From: an uncultured delta proteobacterium
GTDB taxonomy: Bacteria; Myxococcota_A; Polyangia; Polyangiales; JAFGIB01
Assembly (NCBI GenBank): GCA_963778655.1
Contig: CAVZVA010000008.1
Coordinates: 128,001 to 192,000, forward strand
Length of the DNA: 64,000 bases
Direction of reading: 5' to 3'
A program made the position numbers and the translations under genes. Positions 42,697 through 60,136 of the stretch are shown here, piece by piece. Under the pieces are notes generated by a model. It had not been told where the DNA came from, ran no database searches, and was given only the letters and a program-made list of their open reading frames with translations. Each line of letters starts with the position of its first letter. Within the stretch, counting starts at the first letter, position 1.

Positions 42697-42909
42697 TTAG
42701 GAGCTACGCGGCCACCACGGGTTCATGCGCGCCCGGTTCACGGCGGATTGCTTCTCGTGCTCGAGGTCGCGGATGAGGCGGACGAGCTCGCGGAGGCTCT
42801 GGACGTCGAGGGCGTCGAAGTCAATCTGGTAGCGGCGGCCGGTGGCCCGGGCCGTCTCGGCCCGGAGCCACTCGATGAGTCGCCGCTTGTCGTAGTTGCC
42901 GGTGGTCAT
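42697..42909 (-). CDS. Small hypothetical protein
   Basis: [16 protein letters not shown]...; ATGA coupling with the upstream gene; high GC3. Confidence 0.6.
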   Translation of the reverse strand: MTTGNYDKRRLIEWLRAETARATGRRYQIDFDALDVQSLRELVRLIRDLEHEKQSAVNRARMNPWWPRSS

Positions 42910-43488
42910 GCCTGCTCGGTGAAGAGCTGGGCAACCTCGTGCTCGCCGGCGGCGGTGAGGTAGTCGGCCAGCGACTTGCGGAAGAGGTCCATGCGGGTCT
43001 TCAGGCCCAGGCGCTCGCGGGCCTCGTCGAGCCGGGCGACGATCCCGGCCTCCATGCGCAGGGGCAGCACCTTCATGTCGGGGGCCTCGCCGTCCGCGTA
43101 GCGCGCGGCGGACCGGGCCGGTCTTGATGCGGCCCTTCTTGGCCTCGCGGATCTTCCACACCAAATAGCGCGAATCGTGACTGGAAGTGCTTCGCCCAAC
43201 GACCTCGGTGTAGAGGTGCTGCAGTTCCTCGACCGACAGCTTGGTGAGCTTGGGCTCGGCGCTCGTGGCGGCGGACTCTGACGCGGTGGACTCGGTTTCC
43301 TCGACCGGATTGACCGCCGTGGCGGTTTCCTGCTCTTGGGCTTCGAGGGCCTCGGCGATGCGACGCAGCAGGAACTTCTTGTTGGGCGACCGCGTGGCCT
43401 CGCCGACGATGTCGTGGAACCGGGCCTGCAGCTCGGGCAGGCGAAGCTCCTCCATGATGCGCATCCGCTTCTTGTTCTCTTTGTTCAT
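42906..43488 (-). CDS. Putative DNA-binding protein: two DUF2924-like helical repeats plus a C-terminal ribbon-helix-helix (frameshift near 43105)
   Basis: [23 protein letters not shown] and [22 protein letters not shown] repeats; VLPLRM...LDEAR..LG..RMDLFR.SL. Confidence 0.55.
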
Positions 43489-43562
43489 CTTGTCCTCCGG
43501 TGTGGTTGGGCCCGGAGGCTCCCGCCGGACCACCCGGCGAGCACCACCGGGCGGTCTGTCTG

Positions 43563-43865
<303 letters not shown>

Positions 43866-44076
43866 CGTGTCCTCCGTTTCGCCGGGCTTCGTCGCGTCCC
43901 GATCGTGAGGACATACAGGCGTCGCTTTCGGAACAGCTCAAGGCGATTCGACGCAGAATCTGACCTCTTTTCCGTGCCCCGGAACTGGGCGACAAGTCGG
44001 CGGAATCTGGCGTGCGACGTGCAGCGGGACCTGCATGTTCGCGATGACATCGGCCCCATCGCGCGCCCCGCCGGGG

Positions 44077-44309
44077 TCACCGGTCGTGCATGTCCTCGAT
44101 GGCACCGCGAAGCGCCACGAGGGCCGCTTCGACCTTGATGATCGCGGCGGTCTGAGCCTCGGCGAACGCGACGATTTTCTCGTGCAGAGCCTTGAGCTCG
44201 CGGTCCTTCTTCTCGTTGACCCGCCAGAACGCCCAGCCGAGAACAACCACGAGTCCGTATGGGCCGGTCGCCTGCAAGAGCTCTGCGAAGGTAGCGAGGC
44301 CGGAGGGGT

Positions 44310-44313
<4 letters not shown>
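44077..44313 (-). CDS. Holin-like single-TM coiled-coil protein
   Basis: [31 protein letters not shown] then a coiled coil; coupled to the amidase stop. Confidence 0.6.
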
Positions 44314-45052
<739 letters not shown>

Positions 45053-45056
<4 letters not shown>

Positions 45057-45490
45057 TGGCTGTTCTCCACCGGCGTGCCCTCAGGCTGCTCGACCTTGCG
45101 ACGAGCACGAAGACCCTTGGAGAACCAGCGGTCCCGCTTCTCGGTCGAGAGCGGCTTCGCGAGCGAAGGGGGAACATTGCCCTCGTCGTCGCGAAGGGCA
45201 GCGTTGACCTTTCCACGCGTGACCAGCTCAGCGTGGAGCTCGTCGACCATCATCCTGTGCAGGTGCCCGAACGAACCCTGCGACGGATGCTCGGGCTCGT
45301 TGTCAGGGGCCCGCACCAGGAACTCGACCGCGGCGCAAACCGGGCACGGCGGCATCGGGACCATCCGGCCGTCAACCTGTTGGTCGCGTGCGACGCCGAC
45401 CTCGAGGTCATCGATGAGCACGCGATGCTCGTCGTTGCACGACTCGCAGCGCTGGAGAATGTCGGTGGTGGTGATTTCGTGGATGGCCAT
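45053..45490 (-). CDS. Hypothetical zinc-binding protein
   Basis: CESC and CPVC pairs; strong RBS. Confidence 0.6.
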
Positions 45491-45500
45491 TCGTTCCTCC

Positions 45501-47405
45501 TCACGCGATCGCGGTGTACGTGCCGAACCACCAAGCGGTCCCGAATCCCGAGATGCTCTGGTAACTGAAGAAGCCGAACCCATCGCGGTCGGCGAAGAAG
45601 GTGCTCGGCGAGCCCGAGAATCCGGAGCTCGCGCTTGAGACCGAGAACGTGATCGACGAGGGCGTGGCCGGAAACCGTGCGCGAAACGTGACGGCACCGC
45701 CGCCAGCGAGGGACCGAGTCGCGTTGTCCGAGTTCGACCACTCCATGCCGAGGCGCCCGATCTCCTGCGCAGTTCCCGAGAGCACGAGGCCCGAGTTGAC
45801 GGTGCTGCTCATGGGCAGCGTCCAAGTGCTCGTCCACGTCGTAAACGTCGGGGCGAAGCTGTCCTCGTGCAGGAACTCGATGTCAGAGCGTGAGAAGCGA
45901 AAGCCCCCTGAGAACCAGCTCGTTGAATCTCGCACCCACTGCGAGCCGTCCCACGACGCGTTGATCGTGAACCAGATGGACGTTGTGTCGGCGTAGACGC
46001 GAAGGCGCCCCGCCGCGCCGCCGACACCGAGCGCGTCCCAGAGCAGCGCCTTGGTCCCGCCGAGGTTCGGTTGACGAATGGTGCGGTGCTGTCCGGCACT
46101 GCCTTCGTTGCCGCGAAAGTGGTCGTCCTCGAAGGCGTCGAGAATCTCCGCGAGCGCAGTCTCGACGTTGGTGGCGGTCAGGTTGCCGCCCGCGTCCGCG
46201 ACGGAGACGGCCGAGGCAGCGTGGGCTCCACTGGCATCGTTCAGATGGTCATTGGTGGCGCTGAGAAGCGTGGCGAGTTGGGCGTCGACGGTGCCGGCCA
46301 CAAGCGCACTTGGACTCCCGGCGACGGCATCTGCTCCGATGCGTGATGCGCCGGCCGTGCCCGCCGCTTGCGAGCCCAGGTCGGTGACGATCTCCTGGAG
46401 CTGCGCCTGGACGCTGGTGCCGGCGATGTAGTTGTGGGCGACAGCCGCGATGGCGCTCGCTGCGTGAGCACCCGCGGCGGCTCCCACGTGGGCGTTGATC
46501 CACGCGAGGAGCTGCGAGAGCTGTCCGTCGACATTGCCAGCGGGTAGAGCGTTCGGCGTGCCGGCGACCGCGTCGGCCCCGACCTTCTGCGCTCCGGGTG
46601 TTCCCGACGCGGTCGAAGACAGGTCATCGACGAGCTCATGGATGGCGCCCTCGACGTTGGTAGCCGCCACGAATCCGTGAGCGGGAATGTCGATGGCCGT
46701 GGCGGCGTGCCGACGAGCTGCGCCGGTGAAGTGATCGGTCAGCTCAGCATCGATCTCATCGAGCGACGCCTGCACCGTATCCACCGCCGGCTGGAGCGTC
46801 GTCCAGCTCCCGCTCACCACCTGGACCGCGTCGCCTTGCGCGAAGATGAAGGCTTGCCGCCTGGAAGTGTCGATGTCGGGCGCGAGGATCTGGGTCTGGC
46901 CATTGCCTCGCAAGACGTCGCAGATCAGAAGCTCGTCGGGCTGAAGGGCTACCTTCGCAGCGGATCCGATGGGTCCCGGTGGTGCCTGGCGCACGACGAT
47001 CTGGAACAACTCGTCGCGCCGGAAGAATACCTGCTGCGAGTTGCCGTCGGTCCGCGGGTCAGACAGCAGGCGATCGAACTTGAGGTAGATGCCCAGCCAG
47101 CGCTCCTGCCCGGCCGAGGGGACATCGGTGGGGATGCCCGCGAAGTCGACGGCGCAGTCTACCGTCTGCCCAGTGCCGAAAAAGATGCGCTGGCCGAGGT
47201 TGTCGTAGGCGCGGCCAGGTGCCGTCAGGTCGATGGTCAGATTCGGGACCGGCGAGTGTGGTGTCGGCTCGGCACCGCTGATGATGCCGTAGACCCCGAT
47301 GTCGGCCGCCAGGTTGCGATCGGCCTTCTCGAGTAGCTCGAAGGCCAGGTCCAGCTCGGCCTCGGTGACCTTCTGGCGGAAGTAATAGTCGAGACGGTCT
47401 GCCAT
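45501..47405 (-). CDS. Putative tail fibre/receptor-binding protein
   Basis: Follows the baseplate genes; N-terminal YYFRQKV..ELD attachment-like domain; internal [12 protein letters not shown] repeats; beta-rich aromatic C-terminus. Confidence 0.6.
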   Translation of the reverse strand: MADRLDYYFRQKVTEAELDLAFELLEKADRNLAADIGVYGIISGAEPTPHSPVPNLTIDLTAPGRAYDNLGQRIFFGTGQTVDCAVDFAGIPTDVPSAGQERWLGIYLKFDRLLSDPRTDGNSQQVFFRRDELFQIVVRQAPPGPIGSAAKVALQPDELLICDVLRGNGQTQILAPDIDTSRRQAFIFAQGDAVQVVSGSWTTLQPAVDTVQASLDEIDAELTDHFTGAARRHAATAIDIPAHGFVAATNVEGAIHELVDDLSSTASGTPGAQKVGADAVAGTPNALPAGNVDGQLSQLLAWINAHVGAAAGAHAASAIAAVAHNYIAGTSVQAQLQEIVTDLGSQAAGTAGASRIGADAVAGSPSALVAGTVDAQLATLLSATNDHLNDASGAHAASAVSVADAGGNLTATNVETALAEILDAFEDDHFRGNEGSAGQHRTIRQPNLGGTKALLWDALGVGGAAGRLRVYADTTSIWFTINASWDGSQWVRDSTSWFSGGFRFSRSDIEFLHEDSFAPTFTTWTSTWTLPMSSTVNSGLVLSGTAQEIGRLGMEWSNSDNATRSLAGGGAVTFRARFPATPSSITFSVSSASSGFSGSPSTFFADRDGFGFFSYQSISGFGTAWWFGTYTAIA

Positions 47406-47416
47406 CGGTTGCTCTC

Positions 47417-47524
47417 GGAGATGGGTCTCCCAGAGGGGCAAAGCGCCGGAGGGGCCGAGCGGGGACAGCGAGTGGTGCCGGTGAGGGCTCGACGGAGGCC
47501 ACAGACACCGGGTAGAACCAGCTC
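47417..47524. promoter_or_regulatory. Conserved bidirectional intergenic element, copy 1
   Basis: GGAGATGGGTCTCCCAG-N3-GGCAAAGCGCCGG-N11-GGGGACAG-N44-TAGAAC-N6-GTG. Confidence 0.75.
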
Positions 47525-47936
47525 GTGGATCCCCGCCTCAACTTCGTCACGCTCGTCGTCGCGGATCTGGACCGTGCCCGTCGCTTCTATCTTGAGGGCC
47601 TCGGCTGGACCGCCGCGCTCGACGTGCCGAAAGAGGTCTCGATGATCCACGTCGGCGACAAGCTCGTGCTCTCGCTGTGGGCAGAGTCAGCGGCTCGCGG
47701 CGAGATCGGAGAGGTCACCCGGGGCGGAACGCTCCCGTTCACGCTCGCGCACAACGTCGGCTCTCCCGCTGAGGTCGACGCCGTACTCGAGACGGCCCGT
47801 GTCGCGGGCGCGGCGGTGCATGGGGCCGAGCAGCGCGACTGGGGCGGCTACAGCGGCTACTTCACAGAATCCCGACGGTTTCCGCTGGGAAGTCGCCTAC
47901 AATCCACACCCCATCGGCGGAATGACGCTACCGTAG
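47525..47936 (+). CDS. VOC/glyoxalase family protein, antisense cargo gene (frameshift near 47868)
   Basis: [34 protein letters not shown]; the shifted frame gives [13 protein letters not shown]. Confidence 0.85.
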
Positions 47937-47958
47937 CTCGCGGCCGACTCGCCTGAGA

Positions 47959-49296
47959 TCAGTGCAGCTCGGTGGTCTCGCCGAGCTCGCTCGAGCCGAG
48001 TTCCCAGTGGTCGATGAAGGCGGGCGGCATGGGCTCGTTTAGGTCCACGAAGTGGGTGTGCGCGGGCTTGAGGTAGTCGACGATGGCGCGGATCTGACTC
48101 CGCTCGGTCGTGCTTAGCGGGATGTCCACCTCGACGTCGAAAGCGTAGCGCGCGAAGCGATCCGAGGGACCCAGCTCCCAGTCGACGCCTAACTCGGACT
48201 CGCCGAGCACCAGCGTGGTCCCGTTGAAGGGCGTGATGGCGGTGATGTCGATGCCGAGGAAGAAACGGATCGCGTTCTCGATTCCGATCGCCGTGCCCTT
48301 CTGTCGATACATCTCGACGAGCACCGAGGCGAGCCGCCGCTTGTCGAGTTCGTCGAGGTCGAACGGAAACGGGTTGCCCAGGTCGTGCAAGATGAGGTCG
48401 AGGAATCCCTCAGGTGCTCGCTCGATATCGAAGACGTCGCCGAAGCGATCACCTTCGGCGACCAACAGGTCGAGTGCCTCCTGCAGGCACGCGATGAAAC
48501 GACGGAGGTCACCGGTCACGTCGTCGCGCCGGTTGTGCCTCGGGAGCATCGACCACAGATCGAAGCCCCGCCCCGCCGGTCGAGGGGGACGGTATCCGCT
48601 GAACACTGCCACGTCGTCGGGCACGACGACCGCGTTCTCTTTCTCGTCCTCGACGCCGGTGACTGTCACCTGGTAGCGAACGTCGGGCGTGAGCTCGGTG
48701 TCCACGGTGACCCGGACGGCGGCACCCTCGCTGATCGCTTCGATTGGGGCCACCGGCACCGCCGGCAGGTCCAGGGCCACGAAGGCGAAGCCCAACGGAT
48801 CGGTCACCAGCACCTCTTCGTCGAAGCCTACGCGCACGACCTTTGGCGCGATGGCCTGCGCCCCGACGACCTTCGGAGGATTGCGGTCCTCGGCGACGAA
48901 CGAGTACGTCTCGTCGAGCGCGAACACACCTCCGGCCGTTGCCGTGACCACGCGAACGGTGACGAGCGCCTGGCTCGCGAGCGGCGTGGTTGGATCGACC
49001 ACGACTCGCAAGGTGTCCGCGGTTTGTAGTGCGGCTGCGCGCGGCCCGTCGAAGCCAGGCTTGAACTCCGGTGCGCCGCCGCCCTCGAAGGCCAAGACAC
49101 CGTCGATCAGCACACGCGTCACTGCGCGATCGATTCCGTCGGGGCCCGGGTCGATGATCTCGAGCGCGATGAACCATTCGAGCGGCACGCCGATCTCGCC
49201 CGGCCCTGGGTCTCGGTTCAGAAGCAGCGGCCGCCCAGCCGCGATCTGGGCGGCGATGGTGTCGGCGTAGAGTCCGGGTAGCTCGAGTACTGGCAC
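47959..49296 (-). CDS. Baseplate wedge/tail protein (P2 gpI-like C-terminus, Ig-like N-terminus)
   Basis: LP...RRDD..GDL.RF, APE.FL, YRQKGT..GI, KPAHT. Confidence 0.75.
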   Translation of the reverse strand: MPVLELPGLYADTIAAQIAAGRPLLLNRDPGPGEIGVPLEWFIALEIIDPGPDGIDRAVTRVLIDGVLAFEGGGAPEFKPGFDGPRAAALQTADTLRVVVDPTTPLASQALVTVRVVTATAGGVFALDETYSFVAEDRNPPKVVGAQAIAPKVVRVGFDEEVLVTDPLGFAFVALDLPAVPVAPIEAISEGAAVRVTVDTELTPDVRYQVTVTGVEDEKENAVVVPDDVAVFSGYRPPRPAGRGFDLWSMLPRHNRRDDVTGDLRRFIACLQEALDLLVAEGDRFGDVFDIERAPEGFLDLILHDLGNPFPFDLDELDKRRLASVLVEMYRQKGTAIGIENAIRFFLGIDITAITPFNGTTLVLGESELGVDWELGPSDRFARYAFDVEVDIPLSTTERSQIRAIVDYLKPAHTHFVDLNEPMPPAFIDHWELGSSELGETTELH

Positions 49297-49305
49297 CGAC
49301 CGCTC

Positions 49306-49706
49306 CTACGGGATCGGCACGAGCTCGAGCCGAACGCCGACCACGTGCAACCCGGAGAGCTTGGAGACGTTGGCGGCGAGATCGGTCAGCACCCTGGTGC
49401 AACCCGGCTTGCAGGTGGCGGCTGCCACTTTGGCCCCGTCGACGAGCATCGATACCTCCCAGGCGAGGCCCACGGGCAGCGTCTTGGGCACGCGCAGTCG
49501 CAGTACGGCGCGCACGAGGTCCACGTCGGTCAGATCCGTCTGTTGGCGTCACCTCGGCGTGGTCATCGGGCTCGAGCTCGAAGAGGCGGCCGGGCTCATC
49601 CTCGCCGAGCACGAAGACGTAATCGCCGGACGGACACCGGCGCGTTCAGCGGATGGATGCGTCCCTGCCCGATGCCGAGGCGGCTGGTGAAGGCATCGAG
49701 CTCCAT
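49306..49706 (-). CDS. Hypothetical tail-region protein (frameshifted)
   Basis: MELDAFTSRLG start coupled to the upstream gene; C-terminus in ORF 49306-49524. Confidence 0.45.
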
Positions 49707-50401
49707 CAGACCTGCCTCAGAAGCTCGAGGTGGTCGAAGTAGCCGCGGCGAGTGACGTCTGCCACCGTCATGCCGAAGCCGCCCCGCCCCGACGTGAGCG
49801 GCTGACTCCCGGAGTTGATACCGAGGTGGTCGTCGATGAACTCGACCATGCCGGGCACCGGCTGCCAGTCGGGCGGTGCTCCGAGCGGATGGGCACCCAG
49901 GTCGTTGCGAAGGACCTTGAGCACCACGTCGCCGTTGTCGTTCACGATCACGTCCAGGCGCAGATGCAGCCACGTGGCCTGCGAGAAGCTCTCGCCCGAG
50001 GCGAGCAGCACGTTGGGTCCTTCCGAATCCGGGATGCCCACCGCCACGGCACCTTTGCGCAGCACGATGCGGTGCGGATCGTCGTCCGAGAGCCCCAGCA
50101 GGTACGCGGTGTCGTTCACCGAGTTGCCCTGGCAGGCGAGATACAGAAACGGCGAGAACCCCGTCGGTCCGCCACCGGGACCGCGCTGGACGCACCCTCG
50201 AATCGACGCGCCCTTGGCCATCGGCGCGAAGTCGACGAGGTTGCAGAACAGGCCCACGGCCCCCTGCACGGCGGCGAGCGAGTTGAAGGCGAACAGGAAG
50301 CTGCCGCCTCCTGGCGGGCGAGCGATGCCCGCGGTCACGCCACGATCGACGGTGGCGATGTCGAGTCCGTCGTTGAGATAGGTCCAGTCTGCTTCGGCCA
50401 T
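49706..50401 (-). CDS. Hypothetical beta-rich (lectin-like) tail-region protein
   Basis: MAEADWTYL... ORF with RBS; WLHLRLDV and GRGGFG..YFD. Confidence 0.6.
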   Translation of the reverse strand: MAEADWTYLNDGLDIATVDRGVTAGIARPPGGGSFLFAFNSLAAVQGAVGLFCNLVDFAPMAKGASIRGCVQRGPGGGPTGFSPFLYLACQGNSVNDTAYLLGLSDDDPHRIVLRKGAVAVGIPDSEGPNVLLASGESFSQATWLHLRLDVIVNDNGDVVLKVLRNDLGAHPLGAPPDWQPVPGMVEFIDDHLGINSGSQPLTSGRGGFGMTVADVTRRGYFDHLELLRQV

Positions 50402-50961
50402 GGGTACGCTCCTCAGATCGTCGTCGCTGGTGTCCAGCTGTTCTCGAAGTCCTCGTCCGGGTCGGCCCCGCCATCGAATAGCGCGGCCTGCGAAGCGATG
50501 GCGGCCCAGAGCCAGGCGAAGGTCTGGTTGTTGCGCCACGCGTCCTCGAAGTCTTCGCGCGGCTCGCCGTCGAAGATGCCGGTCACCGCCGTTACGTCGC
50601 TCCAGTCCAGGGCGAAGGGCACGTTGCTCCAGCCGTCCTCCAGGTCCTCAACGGCACCGCCGCCAAAGGGCGCGGTGATCGACCTGTCCCGACGGCAGCT
50701 CGGTGAGGTAGATGTCGTTGTTCCAGGCTTCCTCGAAGTCTTCGTACCCCTCGGCGAGCGGGTCGAAGAACGCCAGCGCAAGCGAGCCGGGTGCGAAGTC
50801 CAAGAGCAGCTCGAACCAGCGCTCGAAGTCCTCCCATGCGTCGAAGGGCGATGGACCGAAGCCGGCGATGCGCTGGTTCGCCACTGACGTTGTGAGAGTC
50901 CAGTGCACGGCCAGTCCTGGCTCGGGCCCCGCATCCTCGAAGCTCGGGTTCAAGATCGCCA

Positions 50962-50962
<1 letters not shown>
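50398..50962 (-). CDS. Hypothetical acidic tail-region protein with EDFE.xW repeats (frameshift near 50680)
   Basis: MAILNPSFED start; EDFE/EDLE..W repeated in two frames. End approximate. Confidence 0.5.
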
Positions 50963-52474
<1,512 letters not shown>

Positions 52475-52492
52475 CGCGCATACCTCCACCGA

Positions 52493-52524
52493 GGCAAAGC
52501 GCCGGCCGGGCCCTCCGGGGACAG
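52493..52524 (-). promoter_or_regulatory. Conserved motif, copy 2 (core only)
   Basis: GGCAAAGCGCCGG-N11-GGGGACAG directly upstream of baseplate J. Confidence 0.75.
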
Positions 52525-52924
52525 CTACGCGGAGATGGTGAGCGCGAGTTCTTCGGTGTCCCCAGCAGCACTGGAGCGTCCCGATTCCCGCACGCGGACA
52601 CGGAGCTCCAGGGTGGCATCTGAGCGCTCGACTCGAGCGCCGACGACTTCAGCTTCCGGGACCCAGCGCCGCAGCGCATCGCGGATCTGAACGCGGGCCA
52701 GCTCGGCCAGGGCCGCGTCGCTTCGCTGGTGGCGCAGAGATCTCGAGTCCGGCACCGAAGGCCGTCCGCCACGGCAGCTCGCCCGATGACCGCGACGTCG
52801 CGCCTTGGGTGAGTAGCGTCTGCAGCACCTTGCTGCGGAGGATGTCCGGGCCCGTCCCGGAGGCGAAGTCGCGCTTCTTGTCGCGGCGAAACGGGATGAG
52901 GAGGTTGGTGAGTTCCTGGGGCAT
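52525..52924 (-). CDS. GPW/gp25-family baseplate protein (frameshift near 52740)
   Basis: [22 protein letters not shown]. Confidence 0.8.
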
Positions 52925-52937
52925 GGCGGACTCCTGA

Positions 52938-53612
52938 TCAGGGCACGGGCACCGCGGCGCGGGCGTTCTTGAGTAGCTCCACAATCGCGTCGAGCGGCGG
53001 AATAACGTCGTCGAGGGGGCGGCCGGCGAGGTCCGAGAGGTCTGGGATCTCGGGCAGGCCGACGATGCCGAGGAACAGGTTGATGAGACCGATCAGCTTG
53101 CCGAGGCTGGCGAGCGCCTTGCCCACGTTCGCGGATTCCTGCGCGACGTTCGCCTGGGCGCACTGGGCGATGGCCATCAGCCCAGCGTCCTCGAGGTTGG
53201 TTGCGCGATCGATGGTGCCGAGGATCTGCTGGACCTGCTGCTGCAGGTGAAGCAGCAAGCTGCGCGCCTGCACCAGCGTATCGATCACCAGGTCGATGAG
53301 GCCGATGATGGTGAGCGGCAGCGAGAGCTGCGGGATGAGCTTCAGGAGCTTCGCCACCTTCTCGGCGAGGTCGGGCAGGCACGCCGCGAGCACCGTGGGA
53401 TCGGGTGGCGGTCCGAGCGAGTCCGGGATGGCCTTGATGCAGTTGAAGACCGCGACGATGGTGTCGATGATGTCGAAGAGCGGAACCAGGGGCGTGAGCG
53501 CCGGTTGGATGACCTCCATCAGGTTGATGCGCTCGATCTGCACGCCGCCCGGAAGCGTCAGGTTGAACGGATCGGGGATTTCCGGGATCTCGATGCAGAT
53601 GGGTAACGCCAT
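52938..53612 (-). CDS. Hydrophobic helical hypothetical protein after the spike gene
   Basis: [15 protein letters not shown]...; Leu/Ile-rich; RBS GGAGG. Confidence 0.65.
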   Translation of the reverse strand: MALPICIEIPEIPDPFNLTLPGGVQIERINLMEVIQPALTPLVPLFDIIDTIVAVFNCIKAIPDSLGPPPDPTVLAACLPDLAEKVAKLLKLIPQLSLPLTIIGLIDLVIDTLVQARSLLLHLQQQVQQILGTIDRATNLEDAGLMAIAQCAQANVAQESANVGKALASLGKLIGLINLFLGIVGLPEIPDLSDLAGRPLDDVIPPLDAIVELLKNARAAVPVP

Positions 53613-53623
53613 GCTTGCCTCCC

Positions 53624-54202
53624 TCAGATCGGATCTGGAATCGGACGCACCGCGCGCCCGGCGATGGTGACGGTGGTGGCTTCGAGGCTGATCGCACCGA
53701 CCGCGCGGATGGTGATGGCGGTCGTGCCTTCGAGCGTGATGGTGTTGTCCTCCGCATCGAAGAGCAGGTGATCGCCGGTCTTGCGGTTGGTGAGCTTGAG
53801 CTTGCGAGCGTCCTTGGACTCGTCGAGCTCGATGCGAAAGGTCGGTGTGGCGATGACACGGTTGTCGGGCGGGTCCTTTTGCGCTTCCTCGGGCACCTCG
53901 CTCTCGCCGTCCGGCTTGCCCCAGTGCGCGGTCAGGTAGTACGGGGCGTCCACGTCGCCCTGGTTGAAGAAGACGGCGACCTCGGCCCCCTCCTCGGGCA
54001 CGGCAAAGAAGCCGTGGTCCTTCATGCCGCCGCCCGAGGTGCCGAGCGGCCACGCCCAGGCGCTGAACGGTTCGAGCACGCCGGGCACGCAGATGCGCAC
54101 GCGGCCGAGCCCCTCGGGGTCTTTGCGGTCGGTGACGTAGCCGACGTACATGCCCAGCAGGCGCGAGTCGTGGGTGCCGATGTCATCGTCGAACGTGCTC
54201 AC
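53624..54202 (-). CDS. Baseplate spike (gpV/gp5 OB-fold)
   Basis: [35 protein letters not shown]. Confidence 0.88.
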   Translation of the reverse strand: MSTFDDDIGTHDSRLLGMYVGYVTDRKDPEGLGRVRICVPGVLEPFSAWAWPLGTSGGGMKDHGFFAVPEEGAEVAVFFNQGDVDAPYYLTAHWGKPDGESEVPEEAQKDPPDNRVIATPTFRIELDESKDARKLKLTNRKTGDHLLFDAEDNTITLEGTTAITIRAVGAISLEATTVTIAGRAVRPIPDPI

Positions 54203-55467
54203 TGGGTAGCCTCCGGGTCGCCGGCACCGATGGGCCTGCCGTCGCGCCGATACTCGAGGCGCGTCGCTCCGCTCTCCGGATCGACAACCTCGACCTGGGT
54301 CATCTCGCTGTCTGTGCGGGGCTGCGACGTGTTGCGCGAGCCGCCTTGCTGTCGCTGCGCCGCTGCAACAGCCCGCGCACGCCGACCGGTGCCGTCGCGG
54401 GTTAGCTTCACCTCGCAGATGTAGCCGGAGGACGAGATCACGTGCTTGACCTCCTGCGCGTAGTACTTGCCGGACAGCATCCCCGAGATGCCGCGGACCT
54501 CGATGAGGCTCTTGGCGTGCAGCGTCGGGTCGCCGACCACCTGCAGCGACAGCTTGACGGTTGCCCGCTCGGCCCGCCGAAATCGCGCCTGGGACTCCCG
54601 TTGGGCTCGGGCCTCCGTGGTGACCGACGTCGGGTGAACGGTCGCCGTCGCGTTGCGGGTCTCGAGGGTCGTTGAGCCTGTCTCCGGGTCGACGACCTCG
54701 ACCACCTCGCTGATGGTGCTGCGTTCGGCCGTGGTGGCTGTGGCCGACGCTTCCACGGTGCTGCGTTGCAGTGGGTCTCGACCGCGCACGCTGACCCGGC
54801 CTGCGCGACGAACCAGATCGGACTCGACGTTGACGCCGAGCACATCGCCTCGGCCAGGATCGGCGTACCAGGTGAAGACGTGGGTTGGCGCCACGTCCTG
54901 TCGGCGTTCGTGGAAGTGGAAGCCGCCATCATCGACGTAGAACTCGAACTCCTCGCGGGCGGCGAGACGCCGCAGAAAGCGGGCGTCGGTTTCCGCGCTC
55001 TGGTTCACGACGTCGAGCGTCTCCTCGGTGTCGTCGATGTCGAGGAACTGACCCTCGTAGCCGTGCTCCTCGGCGATGTTCGCCGCGACCTCCGAGCGCG
55101 TGACGCTCTCCCAGCTTCGCGTCTTGGTCTCGCGATTCATCAGGGCCGAGAGCGCCTGCCCCTCGACGGTGAGCGTCGAGAAGCCCTTGAGCTTCTTGAT
55201 CACCACGCGCCTCGGCACCGACATGTTGCCCGGGTAGCCCCACGACACCTCGAGCACGGCCCCGCCCATCAGGTCTTCGCGGTCGAAGAGCGCGAGATCG
55301 AAGTTGTCGAGCTGCAGCGAGACCTTGTCCGCTTTGCGCTCGGCGTCCTCGAAGGTGAAGCCGATGAGGCGATCGCCGAGGTTGAGCGGCTCGCCGCTGC
55401 TGGCCTTCTCGTCGGGCAAGAGCGTGATGCGCACACCCGGCGCACTGCGATCGAAGGCCGGGTTCAC
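54199..55467 (-). CDS. Baseplate hub / late control D (VgrG gp27-like)
   Basis: [26 protein letters not shown]. Confidence 0.85.
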   Translation of the reverse strand: MNPAFDRSAPGVRITLLPDEKASSGEPLNLGDRLIGFTFEDAERKADKVSLQLDNFDLALFDREDLMGGAVLEVSWGYPGNMSVPRRVVIKKLKGFSTLTVEGQALSALMNRETKTRSWESVTRSEVAANIAEEHGYEGQFLDIDDTEETLDVVNQSAETDARFLRRLAAREEFEFYVDDGGFHFHERRQDVAPTHVFTWYADPGRGDVLGVNVESDLVRRAGRVSVRGRDPLQRSTVEASATATTAERSTISEVVEVVDPETGSTTLETRNATATVHPTSVTTEARAQRESQARFRRAERATVKLSLQVVGDPTLHAKSLIEVRGISGMLSGKYYAQEVKHVISSSGYICEVKLTRDGTGRRARAVAAAQRQQGGSRNTSQPRTDSEMTQVEVVDPESGATRLEYRRDGRPIGAGDPEATQ

Positions 55468-55808
55468 GAGCCACGCTCCTTGCGCCCGGCTTCACCGAGG
55501 ATGACGTCACTCAGGACCCGCAGGCTCGGGATGAAGAGGCGCCGCCCGGGTTCGAGGACGATGGTCGGATCGACAATCGGATCCGGTTGGAACTCGGCGA
55601 TCGCCCACCAGTAGCCACAGGCACGCGGCAACGGTGCGAAGTAGCGACCGGCCAGATCCCAAAGCGCGTCGCCCTGCACGACCCGGTGGGTTCGATTGTC
55701 GGCGTGGGCGCGAAAGCGGTACGGCTCGCGGTCGGTGAGATGGAGGACGCCGTCGGCATCCCACACCCCGAGGGCGAAGCCATAGCGAGAGCCTACGCGC
55801 GGCGGCAC
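55464..55808 (-). CDS. LysM/tail-X-like baseplate protein
   Basis: [30 protein letters not shown]. Confidence 0.8.
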   Translation of the reverse strand: MPPRVGSRYGFALGVWDADGVLHLTDREPYRFRAHADNRTHRVVQGDALWDLAGRYFAPLPRACGYWWAIAEFQPDPIVDPTIVLEPGRRLFIPSLRVLSDVILGEAGRKERGS

Positions 55809-55809
55809 G

Positions 55810-56320
55810 TCACACCTCCTCCCGCAGTTCTTCTGAGGTGACGCGCACGTCCAGGATCTCCTCGAAGGTCACGGTCGCCGCGTAGACCAGGACGCGCCCG
55901 TCGACGCCGACCTGGCGGTACTGGAACTCGACGTCGGTCACGACCGTCTCGATGGTCACGACCTCGGGCCAGATGAACAGCGTCCGCGGCGGGGCCGTGT
56001 CGGAGACGCCTTCGGTGCCGGACGGCGGTACGGTGAGCGCGCGAATGAACGACCGGAACTCCATGATGTCCGGCTCGCCTGGCTGCTCGGCTGCGAAGAA
56101 GCGATCGAGGTAGAACTCGACGCCCGGCCAGGGAGCGGTTGCTCGTGGACTGAAACTGCAGCACCTGGTGGGAGAGCCCGGGCACCGCCAAGCGGCTCCA
56201 GTTGACCTGCACCTTCTCGGTGAGCTGGGTCGGGTTGAACAGGCACTCCACAGACTCGCCGCTCGTGATGTTCACCAGCACGCAGCGGGGAGGTCGGACG
56301 GTGGCCAGCTCGATAGGCAT
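55810..56320 (-). CDS. Tube initiator (CIS tube N-domain/Afp7-like), frameshift near 56125
   Basis: CLFNPTQL.E...W.....PG; PP..LFIW; position between tape measure and LysM. Confidence 0.7.
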
Positions 56321-56328
56321 CCATCACC

Positions 56329-59145
<2,817 letters not shown>

Positions 59146-59148
59146 GAG

Positions 59149-59396
59149 CTACGACCTCCGCTTTCCGGCCTTCTCGATCTCCTTGGCCTCGCGGCGAGCG
59201 CTGCTGGCCGATGCGCTCGAGGAACCAGTCGCGGTCGGCAATGGTCATGGCAAGCACCTCGTTCGACGCTCACGCTGAGCCCCGAGCCGCCGTGCTGTCG
59301 CCAGCACATCTGGAAGACGCCTTCGCGCCAGCCATCGAGATCTACCCGCGGAAGGAGGTGCTCCGGTCCCGCCGTCTCGCCGTCCGCTCCTTCCCC
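59149..59396 (-). CDS. Probable C-terminal extension of the tail assembly chaperone (gpT-like), indels present
   Basis: Open -1 frame overlapping the chaperone end: ...[19 protein letters not shown]..., then [15 protein letters not shown]. Confidence 0.45.
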
Positions 59397-60121
59397 GGCA
59401 TGAAGAAGCTCCGGTCGAAAGGGAGGTCGACCTCCTGGGTCGCCGAAGCACTCGGAGCACTCGACCTCGATGCCCGGTGTCGACGCCGCAGTCGACCCGG
59501 TCGAACTCGTCGACCAGGAAGTCGGCGTCGCGCAGGCTCAGCTCCTCGATGAAGCGCTTCTTGCTCGCGCGGCTCGACGCCCTCGACCTCGAGTCACGCG
59601 AAACGCGAGCATCGCCGAGAGCAGCTGGTCGCCAGCGCTGCGCCGGAGCTGCGGCAGCTTGCGCTCGTCGGCACCGGTGAGCAGCCGGAACCACGACCCG
59701 CTTGCCCGCGTCGGGCAGCGTGGTCTCGAAGCGGTTCCCGGCGAGCAGGCCGCGCGGCTCTCGTCGGAGAGCGGCCGGCACGGCAGGTCACCGAGGTCGA
59801 GCTCCCACTCGATCTTGCGCGCGGCAGGCCTCGTTCTGGCAGTTGACCGAGAAGGCGTAGGTCGGGCCGTAGGTGAGCGCGCGGATCTGGAGCAGCGCGT
59901 AGAACCGATCGCCCTGCAGCACCATGCCCCAGTCGATGGGCTTCTCGCCGAAGTCGTAGGGCCCGGCCTCGAGCGTCTCCTCCCAGCAGGCGGCGAGCAG
60001 CTCGTCGACCTGGCCGCCCGACTTCGCGAGCGCGCCGGTCGGCGAGGACCCGCTCCTCGCGGACCTTCATGCCGCGGATGCGGCCACTGAGCCCCGACGG
60101 GCAGGTGATGATTTCGGACAT
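59342..60121 (-). CDS. Tail assembly chaperone (T4 gp26-like), heavily frameshifted
   Basis: [18 protein letters not shown]; fragments [29 protein letters not shown]; between tube and tape measure. Confidence 0.65.
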
Positions 60122-60136
60122 CGGCGCGCACCTCCT

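Noticed and set aside
45501..47405. Diversity-generating retroelement or invertible tail-fibre system
   Set aside because: No reverse transcriptase, invertase or template/variable repeat pair is visible in the window.
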